Origin: Octopus sinensis
Lineage: Eukaryota
Direction: 5' to 3'
Assembly: GCF_006345805.1 (NCBI RefSeq)
Contig: NC_043001.1
Span: 10,912,001-10,976,000 of the forward strand
DNA length: 64,000 nucleotides
Under the pieces are notes generated by a model. That model was not told the origin of the DNA. It ran no database searches and was given only the letters and a program-made list of their open reading frames with translations. This document shows positions 50,060 to 62,160 of this stretch, piece after piece. The stretch's first letter is position 1. Every line of letters begins with the position of its first letter. The position numbers and the translations under genes are program-made.

Positions 50060-50692
50060 TTAATTATAATTATGCTGCATTTATTTCTAAATGCTGTATT
50101 TGTTTTCCGTGAAAGTTTGGCGCGCTGTTAGTTGGGGCATTTGAATTATAACGTCGGATGTAATCAATTGAACCACACGCGTATTTATCGTTATGGTAAA
50201 ATCTGGCGTGTGATTGAGTGGATTTCATCCAGATATATGAGAGGTGTTGGTATCCAGCAGACCCTAGGTGTTAGATAAGGCTATGTAAGTGCTATGGAAG
50301 GACCGTAGTCAAACACTGTTCGATAATGATACGACTGAGGAGTCTAGTGCGAGTCTTGTATGAGCATGTATATGTTAAATAAAATGAGACCATAAAGCCG
50401 AGGGTGTGTGGAATTTTTAGGATATTTATAAAGAGAAAGTTAGTCTTACAGCTGTTTCTGTGTCGACACACTACTTTCCTTGGCTAATGGAAATTCAACT
50501 ATAAAGTCTTTATATATTTTATTTTCTACTTTCATTCTCCTATTTCCCTCTACACTCATTATTTTCATCCTTTCTAAAATAACTCTGTATATTAAACTCT
50601 ACGTTTCCCTCTATTTAACCATCTCACATCGTCTCTGATGAAAGGATATTCCTAATATCCCAGAAACAGCTGTAAAACTAACTCCCTCTCTA
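50060..50692. mobile_element. Penelope-like relic with an inverted pLTR segment and a hammerhead
   Basis: 'gagaaagttagtcttacagctgtttct' (~50433-50459) is inverted at ~50662-50690. A decayed ORF-like sequence runs on the minus strand from 50430 to 50060. Confidence 0.6.
50628..50680 (+). ncRNA. Minimal hammerhead motif (stem I mutated in this copy)
   Basis: gtct-CTGATGA-aa-ggatatt-cct-aatatcc-ca-GAAAC-agct-GTA-aaac. The inverted partial copy reads GTA-agac, which would restore stem I. Confidence 0.7.
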
Positions 50693-50744
50693 TGAATGCC
50701 TCAAAAATTTCACACAGCCTTGGCTTTGTTGTCTCATTTTATTT

Positions 50745-50813
<69 letters not shown>

Positions 50814-50814
50814 A

Positions 50815-50877
<63 letters not shown>

Positions 50878-50886
50878 TTATATATG

Positions 50887-51090
50887 AAAGGTGAGCTGGC
50901 AGAATCGTTAGCATGCCAGGCGAAATACTAAGCGGTATTTCGTCCGTCTTTACGTCCTGTGTTCAAATTCCGTCGAAATCGACTTTGTCTTTCATCCTTT
51001 CGGAGTCGACGAAATAAGTACCAGTTGAAAACTGGGTTCGATGTAATCGACTATCCACCTACCCCAAATTTATGGCCTTGTGCTTATAGG
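50887..51090 (+). mobile_element. SINE A2
   Basis: A head with the alternative 3' end '..ccaaatttatggccttgtgc'. Confidence 0.85.
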
Positions 51091-51119
51091 AGAAAAGATT
51101 ATATATATATATATATAAT

Positions 51120-51790
51120 TGAAATTTACAGGAAAACAAAGGACGAATAGAGGTGTATGAACAACAAGCAGGTGTTTTGGTTTGACGCCCGGGCAGGTGA
51201 GAAAGTCTTTTACGTTTTTAGCTTACGCGCATCATATGTATGTATGTATTATGTATGTATGTATGTATGTATGTATGTATGTATGTATGTATGACGCACA
51301 AAATAGTAACACACATATATACATGCAACCATACACATGGAGTATAGGTCCACACATTAGCTTCACACACACGCACATGTGCTTGCTTACACACGCCGCA
51401 CACGCGGCCATAAGTACTAATACACACGCACGCATCAACGGCATACTCACACACCGGTTTCATCTCACACACACGTCGTCACCGTTGGCACCAGATCACT
51501 GCGGTCTCTCTAGCAACCCACGTCCCATATCACTTCCCTGTTGTCTCCCTTGACACTCATATGCCTAGCGTCCTCTTCCTCTTCTGGTCACTGAAACATA
51601 CAGTGACTCTCTAATTGATATACCTTTATTGTTTTGTCTGTCCCGTTCTTCTTTGCTCGCCTTTTCTCTATGAAGAAGAGCGTATGTTGGAAACATAAAA
51701 GATTTCTTTCAATTTTCCGGAATATAAACCTAATACACCATATTTTGTGTATTTTTTTTACCTCGTCATTGTGTTTTTTTCTATTTTCTA
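51120..51790. mobile_element. Two inverted family E segments (51125-51232 and 51620-51790) around a (CA)/pyrimidine-rich interior
   Basis: E motifs in opposite orientations; degenerate hammerhead 'TGAAGA-a-gagc..GAAAC-ATA-aaaga' at ~51668-51703. Confidence 0.65.
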
Positions 51791-51871
51791 CATTTTAATT
51801 ATATGTATATCTTATATATATTGTTAAAGAACGATATACACAGGTTATATATAATATATATATATATATAG

Positions 51872-51902
<31 letters not shown>

Positions 51903-52108
51903 TATACATAATATACATATATGCACATATATGTATATATATGTGTTGTGTATATATATATGTATCTATTATATGTGTATATATATGTGCGTGTATATAT
52001 ATATATATACATACATATATATATATATATGTATACACTATATAAATATGTATATATATATATAATATGTGTGTGTGTATATACACATCTATGTAAGCAT
52101 GTATATCG

Positions 52109-52147
<39 letters not shown>

Positions 52148-52654
52148 CGTATATATATATCGTTCTTTAGTTCGTTTTCCCCGAATTTTGAAGTGAGATG
52201 GATGCATGTGTGTATGTTGATCTTAATGTTGATATATGTTCAGAAACCCATATTATTGAAAGCCTATAAACACCCTTACCATTTTTGCTTCCCTATATCC
52301 TTGCTCTTTCCCTTAAAAATGTATTTCGTTACATTATCTCGGTGACAATTTCCATGAGTATAGATTTTTCTCCAAATGACGATCTCGATTTTCTTAAGAA
52401 TATCTTGCCGTGTTACAACACCATAGCAAGCGTGAGGTAGTAGCAGTATTATTTATTTATCTGTTTTTTTCCTTCTTTTTGTTGTTGTCAACATAACACT
52501 TGTTTGTGGTTGTGTGCGGTAGTGTGTGCCTGTGTATGTGTATGTGTGCGTGTATATTTGACGTTTCACATTTGATGGTTTTACACTAATTGTATCCTTA
52601 TGCTAGCTACAGGGGTGATGTTGCTCTATGCATTTTTTTCGTTTAGCTGCGCGT

Positions 52655-52790
52655 AGGTCAGAATACGCTTTACGTATTTGCACAGCTTCCGCAATCTTTC
52701 TTAATACAGAGTTTTTAGGATACTTTCACAGAATTTTTACTCTCAACATTATATATCGAGCCATTGTGTTTCTCTACGTCATGTTCAGAG
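52655..52790 (-). pseudogene. Possible Penelope GIY-YIG C-terminal relic
   Basis: EHDVEKHNGSIYNVESK/IL*KYPKNSVLRKIAEAVQIRK resembles H..E.H.....KIL......RKI.EA..I of PLE endonucleases. Confidence 0.5.
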
Positions 52791-53139
52791 ATTACAGTTA
52801 TTTCTTTATTTTCATTGTATCCTCTCTAATTTTCTGCAATTTTTTTCCCGTTTAAACAGCGCGCTGTTTAATCTATATAGTTTGTGGTTGTTGTTGTGCT
52901 ATCATACAATGCTTCTCAAGTGATGTACAACATGTATTGGTTTTTAAATCAGAAAATGTTAAACATCCATTTAAATCCATTGATAATATCAAAGAGATGA
53001 TGAAACAAATATTTCTAGGAATAGTATAGAAAAATATGTTTAGATACATAACACCCAGTGACTTCACGGACTTCGTAACATGACTCTTTTAAAATACACC
53101 AATATAACTATATATACATGTTGACTTATATATATACAT

Positions 53140-53375
53140 ATTTACTCTTTACTACCCACAAGGGGCTAAACATAGAGGGGACAAACAAGGACAGACAAAT
53201 GGATTAAGTCGATCACATCGACCTCAGTGTTTCATTGGTACTTATTTAATCGACCCCGAAAGGATGAAAGGCAAAGTTGACCTCGGCGGAATTTGAACTC
53301 AGAACGTAACAGCAGACGAAATACCGCTAAGCATCTCGCTCGACGTGCTAACGTTTCTGCCAGCTCACCACCTTC
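53140..53375 (-). mobile_element. SINE A1
   Basis: Full-length reverse copy. Confidence 0.92.
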
Positions 53376-53394
53376 TCTTATATATACATGTTGT

Positions 53395-53471
<77 letters not shown>

Positions 53472-53606
53472 CATATGTCTTATATATAGATGTGTGTGTG
53501 TGTGCCTGCGCGCGCATATGTATCAGTGAATGTGTGTGTATGACCACAGTGATATACTGTTTTACATTTCATAATATTACAGAGGATATATCACTTGAGA
53601 TCAATC

Positions 53607-53895
53607 ACACATCTCTCTATATATAAGCGGCAAAATGTGTGTCTGTGTGTGTGTCCTTTATACAAATCCACAATTTTTTGAGTAGAGAGCTCGCACTTTC
53701 TATGGTGATTCAAAACCGTCCAAGGGTGGTCGTGCATATCTTTACATTTCCCCAGTCACCCCACAAAGCCATTAAAAAATCAATAGAATTGACTTTATTT
53801 GTGAATTTTCTATCCAAAACCTAATCAAAATGCCCGAAACTTGATACGCCAATTGAATGCATAAATTCGTTACTCCTGAGTAACGAATTTATGCC
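53607..53895 (+). mobile_element. Helitron-like 5' fragment ending in a 17-bp hairpin
   Basis: Start 'atctctctatatataag..gtgtgtctgtgtg'; perfect IR gcataaattcgttactc-ct-gagtaacgaatttatgc at 53859-53894. Confidence 0.5.
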
Positions 53896-53999
53896 CAAAG
53901 GATATCGTGAGAGTTTGTTTGACTGGACATTCCTCAACCATCCTAATTATATCCGACTCACGTGAATATTAAACGCATGTAGGTAACATTTCCTTTAAT

Positions 54000-54290
54000 C
54001 ATTCACTGTGTCTAATTCATAGACTCTAAACTTATAGGAATAACTGGAGAATTCTTGCAGTAATAGAGTAATCCACTTATTTCTGTATTTCTGCAGGAAT
54101 TCCGAACCCTATTCCAACTTCTCTTCATGTAATTCCACACATTTTGCTATTTCCAAAGATCTAAAGAACCATTCCTAATCCAGTCATCTTGTCCAAGAGA
54201 GCCTTCCTTAATATCACGTACAAAGGCGGCTTTGAAGTCGTTAAAATTAAAATGTAAAGGCACTTGAAGTCCTTTTGCACTTTTTCCCAT
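54000..54290 (-). pseudogene. Possible decayed R4/Dong-type LINE C-terminus
   Basis: IFGNSKMCGIT*REVGIGFGIPAEIQK*VDYSITARILQLF resembles the LG.I.K.L...GI....LQK..LL.TARILR end of RLE-clade LINEs. Confidence 0.4.
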
Positions 54291-54304
54291 AAGCTAACTA
54301 TAAA

Positions 54305-54722
54305 ATGATATTCTTTTCTACTCTAGGTACAAGGCACAAATTTTTTTTTGGTGGGGTGCGGAGAGGACCAGTCGATAAGATCGACCCCGGTACGCAACTG
54401 GTACTTAAATTATTAACACCGAGAGGATGAAAGGCAAGGTCGATCTCGGCGGAATTCGAACTCAGAACGTACAGACAGACGAAATGCCTATTTCTTTACT
54501 ACCCACAAGGGGCTAAACATAGAGAGGACAAACAAGGACAGACAAATGGATTAAGTCGATTATATCGACCCCAGTGCGTAACTGGTACTTAGTTAATCGA
54601 CCTCGAAAGGATGAAAGGCAAAGTCGACCTCGGCGGAATTTGAACTCAGAACGTAACGGCAGACGAAATACGGCTACGCATTTCGCCCGGCGTGCTGACG
54701 GTTCTGCCAGCTCGCTCGCCTT
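54305..54722 (-). mobile_element. SINE A dimer (A1 full + A2 headless)
   Basis: Junction 'gtaaagaaata|ggcatttcgtc'. Confidence 0.9.
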
Positions 54723-54885
54723 TAAAATGATATTATCAACATTGTGTAAATCAGGTTGTGGAAGTGCGTCAGGGTGTTGCAGAAGTGTAGAGCTGTAGTG
54801 TTACTGTCCTCCTCCTCCCCACCACCACTAAAAAACAAACAAAAAAAGCAACAAATTACATTCAAAGCATAAATTATTCAAGACA

Positions 54886-55271
54886 GTGGAGGCGCAATGG
54901 CCCAGTGGTTAGGGCAGCGGACTCGCGGTCATAGGATCGCGGTTTCGATTCCCAGACCGGGCGTTGTGAGTGTTTATTGAGCGAAACCACCTAAAAGCTC
55001 CACGAGGCTCCGGCAGGGGATGGTGGTGATCCCTGCTGTACTCTTTCACCACAACTTTCTCTCACTCTTACTTCCTGTTTCTGTTGTACCTGTATTTCAA
55101 AGAGCCGGCCTTGTCACTCTCTGTGTCACGCTGAATATCCCCGAGAACTACGTTAAGGGTGCACGTGTCTGTGGAGTGCTCAGCCACTTGCACGTTAATT
55201 TCACGAGCAGGCTGGTCCGTTGATTCGGATCAACCGGAACCCTCGTCGTCGTAACCGACGGAGTGCTTCCA
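54886..55271 (+). mobile_element. SINE C flanked by ~89-bp direct repeats
   Basis: Direct repeats at 54797-54885 and 55275-55362. Confidence 0.95.
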
Positions 55272-55551
55272 TCCAGTGTTACTGTCCTCCTTCTTCCCCA
55301 CCACCACTAAAAACCCAAAAAAAAGCAACAAATAACATTCAAAGCATAAATTATTCAAGACAAAGATCAGTAATACCTGGACGCGAAAGTATGTTCCTGC
55401 GATCGAGTTGGCCTTGAGAACATGACAAGACGTAGCATCATCAATTACAGATGAATGACGATAGATTTGAATTATTCACATTAGATATACTTGTAGCAAT
55501 TAAGTCACACAATAAAAATGTTTGTGAAATACGTGTTCTTCTATATGTGTA

Positions 55552-55948
55552 CTAGCAGTATCGCCCGGCGTTGCTCGGGTTTGTAAGGGAAATAACTATA
55601 TAAGCATTTTTAGAGATGTAAAGTATAATAGCCATCTCAATATGGCTAACCACAAAGGGGGGGGGGTTACTGTAGCTTTTTACGTTCTGAGATTTAATAA
55701 TAAATTTTTAGAGAGTTGCTTCCCTTATATATGCCAAAAATGCATTAAAAATGGGAAAAATTGATGGTAAATTTTTTTTTTAATCGTAGACTCATCGCAG
55801 ACGCGCGCTAATACCCAGAAGGGCTCGATATGAATCACGACTATAAGATACCCGCTTTTGGTTACACTGCACCGCAAAATGTGGGAGTAGTTAGGAATCT
55901 AAATCTTAGGAGATAGACAGCACACAACCTCACTTTTATATATAAAGA
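55552..55948 (-). mobile_element. Non-autonomous Helitron (same family as 3083-3468)
   Basis: A|TC...hairpin cccgagcaacgccggg...CTAG|T on the minus strand. Confidence 0.88.
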
Positions 55949-56056
55949 TATCTACTGTGTGTAGGGGTACCCTAACAGATAACTTTGGTGTGCGTGCGAG
56001 TATACGCATGATAATTCATGTTGGTGTGTATATTTATATATTCATGAATCGTTATG

Positions 56057-56404
56057 GCACTCCGTCGGTTACGATGAGGAGGGTTCCAGTTGATCCAATC
56101 AACGGAGCAGCCTGCTCGTGAAATTAACATGCAAGTGGCTGAGCACTCCACAGACACGTGCACCCTTAACGTAGTTCTCGGGGAGATTCAGCGAGACACA
56201 GAGTGTGACAAGCCTGGCCCCTTTGAAACACAGGTACAACAGAAACAGGAAGAGTGAGAGAAAGTTGCGATGAAAGAATACAGCAAGGCTCGCCACCACC
56301 CCTGTTTTCGATCAATAAACACTCACAACGCCTGGCCTGGGAATCGAAACCGAGGTCCTATGACCGCGAATCCGCTGCCCTACCCACTGGGACATTGTGC
56401 CACC
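56057..56404 (-). mobile_element. SINE family C, older copy
   Basis: Reverse C consensus. Confidence 0.88.
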
Positions 56405-56729
56405 ACATGCATACATACATACATACATACATACATACATACATACATACATACATACATGCATACATATATACATACATACATACATATATACGTACGT
56501 ACGTACATACATACATACATTATGGCTACCCCCTTGTTATCGAGTATGGCCATTGCACGAAGCTTAACTGTTACTGGTGCTATGATCGAATGTGACTTTT
56601 TATCCCAGCTAAAGATTTACATTCTTATATATATATATATATATATATATATAATGTATGTATGTGCGGGCGTGAATATGCGTGTGTGTGGGGGAGCGCC
56701 TTTATGCTTGCCTACATGAATATCTGTGC

Positions 56730-56968
56730 AAGGCGGCGAGCTGGCAGAACCGTTAGCACGCCGGGCGAAATGCGTAGCCGTATTTCGTCTGCTGTTATGC
56801 TGTTACTTTCTGAGTTCAAAATCCGCCGAGGTCGAATTTGCCTTTCATCCTTTCGGGGTCGATAAATTAAGTACCAGTTATGCACTGGGGTCGATGTAAA
56901 CGACTTAATTCGTTTGTCTGTCCTTGTTTGTCTCCTCTATGTTTAGCCCCTTGTGGGTAATAAAGAAA
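56730..56968 (+). mobile_element. SINE A1
   Basis: Full copy; 'atgaatatctgtgc' flanks both sides (probable TSD at ~56716-56729 and ~56974-56987). Confidence 0.92.
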
Positions 56969-57109
56969 CATATATGAATATCTGTGCGTACCTAAATATA
57001 TAATTATATATACGGTATGCTTGCAGCCATTGTAGTATTGCAATTTTGTATGCAGGTGTACTCGCGTTTGTGTGTATATGCGTAGCTTCGATGAAATCTA
57101 TCGGAGAAA

Positions 57110-57390
57110 GGGGTGGCTGGATAAAAAACGTAGGCTTTTCTTGAGAATTTTATCTTAATGTTATTGTCACTGCGCAAGTCATTAAACGGACAATGATCGT
57201 TTTGTGGTTAACAATTTGATCTATCAAGATAAATTCCAACCGCTGTTATCCTGAGTTTATTTTGACTTTTATAATGACATCTATTGTCTCAAAACTTACA
57301 GCAGATACCAAGTGAAAGCTATAAATCTCCGGTCTATTTACATATTGTAACATGCCCAAAACAACTTATCCAGAAATGTTCATATCGCCG
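57110..57390 (+). mobile_element. Possible Tc1/mariner-type terminal region
   Basis: The start 'agggtggctggataaaaaacg' and internal 'gataccaagtgaaagct' resemble mariner-like ends. No partner TIR. Confidence 0.35.
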
Positions 57391-57469
57391 ATGGTACGTT
57401 CAAATGATGACATCTGAGGAAGCGACTGGACTATAGAGTTGTTACCTATTTCCCAATATTATGCAAGGA

Positions 57470-57760
57470 TTGCATAACATTGTACGAGACAGAGAATAAG
57501 AATATTGTTTATTTATGGAAACAATTGTAATGTCAATTTCACTTCTCCTTTCCTCATCTAAATTATTGCTTTTATATATCAGGTCAACTCATAAGTTCTG
57601 TCCTTCAAGTTATTGGCTGTCATGCCTGTGTAGTTCCTTGTGATGCCATTGTATAGTGTGAGGGTGGCTCTATAAACTACAACACTTGAGAGGCAGTATC
57701 CTCTTGAGGGGCAGTTGATATGGTTTCGAAAATTACAAGTTGAGGTTAGAGGTTGTAAGG
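57470..57760 (-). pseudogene. Penelope-like element, GIY-YIG endonuclease relic
   Basis: TCNFRNHINCPSRGYCLSSVVVYRATLTLYNGITRNYTGMTANNLKDR..ELT*YI../DITIVSINKQYSYSLSRTMLCNPC matches the PLE pattern CNCR...CP..G.C....VY.A......Y.G.T...FK.R...CNLC. Confidence 0.8.
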
Positions 57761-57859
57761 TGCGCGTTTACGTCTGTTATGCTGAGCAATGTTAGAAACA
57801 GGAGTAACTCACCTTGACACTATGTGGTTTGAAGAGCTTACAGTACTTATACCACTTGA

Positions 57860-58000
57860 TGTGTTTATGTTTACGTCCCCTTCACTTAGCGGTTCGGCAA
57901 AATTAGAACACCCGAATAAGTACTAGGCTTAAGAAATAAATCCTGGCGTGGATTTGTCCGGCATGGCCACAGTCAAATGACTGGAACAAGTAAAAGAAAT
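57860..58000 (+). mobile_element. SINE B 3' fragment
   Basis: 'tttacgtcccc..ttagcggttcggcaaaa..catggccacagtcaaatgac'. Confidence 0.8.
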
Positions 58001-58186
58001 TGTGAGAGAGCTCTTAAAACGGACTGTTATGTAAGTAAATGCATACACGCACACACACAAACAGAAATACACGTAGTTGCATTCATACATGCATGCACAC
58101 ATAGATACAAACATATATATATTGCATAAATACATACTTATATGTATTATAATTATCTCTCTCTCTATATACATATATACATATAT

Positions 58187-58280
<94 letters not shown>

Positions 58281-59589
58281 TGCAGGTATATTTATATATC
58301 AATACAGTAATATATATATTATTGAGCTGTGTATTCGTAATCTAATTGTCATATAATTATTGTTGTTGTTGTTGCCGTTGTTTTTGTCTTATTTCTTTTA
58401 ACTTAGGATGCGATACAATTTGTATTGTATTTCTTGCATACAATGACAGTAGCGCACCGTATTATTCAACATCTTCGGGAATTCAATTTGAATCGAATGC
58501 ATGTACAGAGCTGTACATATTTCTATACACGTTTGAAAACCTTAGCAAAGAGTGGACTAGAAACAAAGTCGTACAACAGCAAAATAATTATTTCCCCGAG
58601 AAGAAATAATTGAGTTCATGCAAAGCAGAAGAAGAGGATGAGAGGAACAGGTTGAACAATATTTATTGAACAATAGGTGCTTAGACTTAAGGTAAAGAAT
58701 GGACGAAGAACTAACCTATCTATGAAATACAATGAGCTTCAAGAAGGAATAAATATGACAGTACCTGCAGGATACAAAACTAAATATACGGGTACTCCGT
58801 GATAATATATAATATATCTGGAAGTCTCTTTGCCTGGGTATGCAATAGGTAATTGGTAAAAATTAAAGAATGGAAATATTGAAAAGTTCAATTAGTAATG
58901 AAATACAGGGAAAACTAATATTTGAATATCTATGAAATAGCTTTAAAAATATTAATTAGTAATTATTATACAAAAGCATAAAAATTAATGGATTGTATTT
59001 CTCCATTATGAATTATACCCGAGCTGAAATGTTGTGAAGTAAATTTTATTTTGAGAGAGAGAGTGTCGTTAGTCTTGATCAAAGAAATATTTTCAGTTAA
59101 GAGCTTGCTTAGTAAATTTTCAAAAACAATTAATGATGGTAGCTAATGAAGATATGTTTGCAACCTCGTATTTTGATAATGAACATTAAAGTTAATGAAG
59201 ATTTCTGTCTGTATGCTGAATAGAACAAAGCTTCTCAAAGTATCTGGTCACATTGAATCTTCTACCCAACAATGTATATGTATACTTTAGGTGGCGCCAG
59301 TGGAAAAAAGTCACTGGGAAAAAAACTAACGAATATACAGGACAATGACGAAAAGAAACACGACGAAATAAGATACACATATACAATGAAGAGTGTCGTA
59401 CGGTCGCAAAACAGATACAGGGTACCCTTTGTATAAGGGGTACCTTTGTATGCGACAAACACCTACTTTTTCGTAGACAAAAGCAAATTTAATATATTTC
59501 GTCTTGCAGTTGGTATCCAATCTGATATGCTTTCATTCGGCAATATTTTGTAAAGCTATGTGTAAAACTTGCACCAATATGTTGTTGTT

Positions 59590-59880
59590 GCCTCTCGAGC
59601 CATGCCTTGCACACAAGGGCCGGTTTCCTGGTTTCATTGGCGTATAGGTTCCCCCACCTGGACGGGAAACCGGTCCCTCGCAGGTGAGCTGCTAGGAAGA
59701 AAGAGTGACAGAAAGTTGTGACGAAAGAGTCAGCAGAAGTTCACCATTACATTCTGCCGGAGCCGCGTGGGGCTTAGGTGTTTCGCTCATAAAAAACACT
59801 CATCGCCCGGTCTGAGATTCGAACTCGCGATCCGTCGACCGCGAGTCCGCTGCTCTAATCACTCGGCCATGTGCCTCCAC
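59590..59880 (-). mobile_element. Chimeric SINE (C head + V-like/D-type tail)
   Basis: Minus strand: 'gtggaggcacatggcc..gagcgaaacacctaagc..ctttcgtcacaactttct', then 'ctgcgagggaccggtttcccgtccaggtgggggaacc..gaaaccaggaaaccggccc'. Confidence 0.8.
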
Positions 59881-59959
59881 TATACTATAACGTAGCTATA
59901 TTAATTAATTTTAGAATGCCATAAGTACTGCGGAATAAAGTTTCTCCTTTGTCGTTAGG

Positions 59960-60520
59960 AAGTTTCTACAAATATTTACTGCCATCAAGTTCGAAGAATT
60001 AGAGAATAAAAACTGGATGCTAGAATTGCAGATAGTGGTGCAGTACTCTGCCAGCTTCAACATTCGATCCTTAGAAGGGGAGAGGTTGGACAAAAAGCCA
60101 AATTTGCTCTCTTCAGTTCGGTTTCCGTACTTGTCCTCACTTATGTATATGTTGCCTAAACAGAGTTCCTTCGAAGGATCTCTGGAATAACATTACACCA
60201 CAGGGTGAGTTGCTCAGATATCAGAGATTTCTCCGGGTGGAATGATTATTTGTCCACAATGAGAGATCACGGTTCCGTTCCTACGGACACGGACATATGG
60301 TTACAACGTCGTAAGAGAGAATCGCAAAACAAGTTCTTCAAACTGAACCAACCGGCAGAAAACCAAAGAGACCAAGAAATGCAGAGTTGGAAAATATCCA
60401 TATTCTCATCTGGTCACGCTTGAGAATCCAGAGAGAAAGTGTAAAAACGGTTGCTTCTGATGGTACCCCGCCCCCACGGTCCCCACGAATAGAGGAACAA
60501 GAAAATGGATAGAGGAATGG
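59960..60520 (+). pseudogene. Decayed RTE (Expander/Rex3-like) LINE 3' part
   Basis: LDARIADSGAVLCQLQHSILRRGEVGQKAKFALFSSV..LTY..EFLRRISGITLHHRVSCSDIR..ERIAKQVLQTEPTGRKP follows the RTE thumb/C-terminal pattern. Confidence 0.75.
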
Positions 60521-60565
60521 ATGAAATATTAATGTACACTCGTGGTTTGTATGTTTATACAATAG

Positions 60566-60980
60566 TCGCAGGAGTGGCTGTGTGGTAAGTAGCTTGCTTA
60601 CCAACCGCATGGTTCCGGGTTCAGTCCCATTGCGTGGAACTTTGGCAAGTGTCTTCTACTATAGCGTCTGGCCGACCAAAGCCTTGTGAGTGGATTTGGT
60701 AGACGGAAACTGGAGGAAGCCCGTTGTATATATGTATATATATGTATATGTATGTGTGTGTTTGTATTTGTGTGTCTGTGTTTGTCCCCCCCCATCGCTT
60801 GACAACCGATGCTGGTGTGTTACGTACCCGTAACTTAGCGGTTCGGCAAAAAGAGACCGATGTAATAAGTGCTAGGCTAACAAAGAATAAGTCCTGGGGT
60901 CGATTTGCTCGACTAAAGGCGGTGCTCCAGCATGGCCGCAAGCAAATGACTGAAACAAGTAAAAGAGTAAAAGAGTAAAG
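60566..60980 (+). mobile_element. SINE family B, full length
   Basis: Matches the B consensus, with an (aaagagt)n tail. Confidence 0.93.
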
Positions 60981-61129
60981 AGTAGTCAAGCGATCGTTCC
61001 CAAATCTATTTCTACCAAAAATATCTTTGTAAGGATTTAAATAAATCTGTGTAAAACAATTTGGAAAATAAAAATTTCATTTGCTATCATATCGAAATGA
61101 AGAAATTTGTTTGAAAACAGTCCTGGATA

Positions 61130-61415
61130 TGACTCTCCGTCGATCGCGACGATGAATGTTCCAGTTGATCCGATCAATGGAACAGCATGCAGTGGCTGAG
61201 CTCTCCACAGACACGTGTACTCTTAACATAGTTCTCACGAAGATTTAGCGTGATACGGTCCTTTGAAATACACGTACAACTCATTCTTGTCAGCTTACTG
61301 AATTGGAGCAACGTGAAATAAACTCTCTTATTCAGTGACACAACGAGATGCCGGGTATCGAAATCACCTCCTTGCGATCGTCAGCCGAACACTGCTAGCA
61401 ACTAAGCCAGGCGCA
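61130..61415 (-). mobile_element. Old chimeric SINE (D head + C tail)
   Basis: Same structure as 10450-10755. Confidence 0.7.
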
Positions 61416-61939
61416 TTCAACAACTAGATATACAATTCTGGTAATCAACATAACAGTCCTTACTGGATCTTAAATGTCTGCACGTTAATTAGTTTGCTGG
61501 TTTTAAAAAGCAACAATTAGATTTCAAAAAGAATTAAATCCTTATACATATTTGTTTAAAGTTAAGTTTTATTCAACATCGACAGGAAATTATTCGCCGT
61601 GTAAATTCCGACTCCGTCTAATAGACTTTAATGGAAACACGTTTAGTCTAATTAGAGTAGATATACTTCTGGCAAACACAGTCTTTGTAAATTCACTTAA
61701 ATTCCCAGAAGCATTTATTTGAAATCATTGATAATTTAAGCAGTATCATTACTCTTCATCACTAACCCTGCGCTCTGGCATTGCCGTTTCCTCTCATGTC
61801 TTCGTCTTTTGCTGCCAAACTATACTTTGCATTACAATGCTCACATCAAAACCCACAAGTCATTCTATCACTTTGCAACACCTGACTTTGTAACTATCAC
61901 ACATTAGTCTTTGATTGAAGAATTGTTTGCATGTTATAA

Positions 61940-62160
61940 ATGCTGTCATTTCTACAATTCCAAGAATATTTGTAAAGATAGAATCGGCTGAACTTTCAAC
62001 TTTATACCTTGACACCCAGATTATGTTCCTCCACGCTGTTTATCTTAAATATTTCATCTCATGTGTTTGATCACATCTCTGTCCCTTCCCCTTTTCCATG
62101 ACGTCACAGTGTGCATGCAAGCTTCTAATAACTCTACGATATACACCAAAGTTGATTCAC
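61940..62160 (+). pseudogene. Possible CR1/Jockey RT relic
   Basis: IPRIFVKIESAELSTL.. loosely resembles GPDGIP..VLK.CA.EL. Confidence 0.25.

Noticed and set aside
57301-57392. Exon-like segment QIPSESYKSPVYLHIVTCPKQLIQKCSYRRW
   Set aside because: It lies in probable transposon-end sequence, and joining it to the next acceptors gives early stops.
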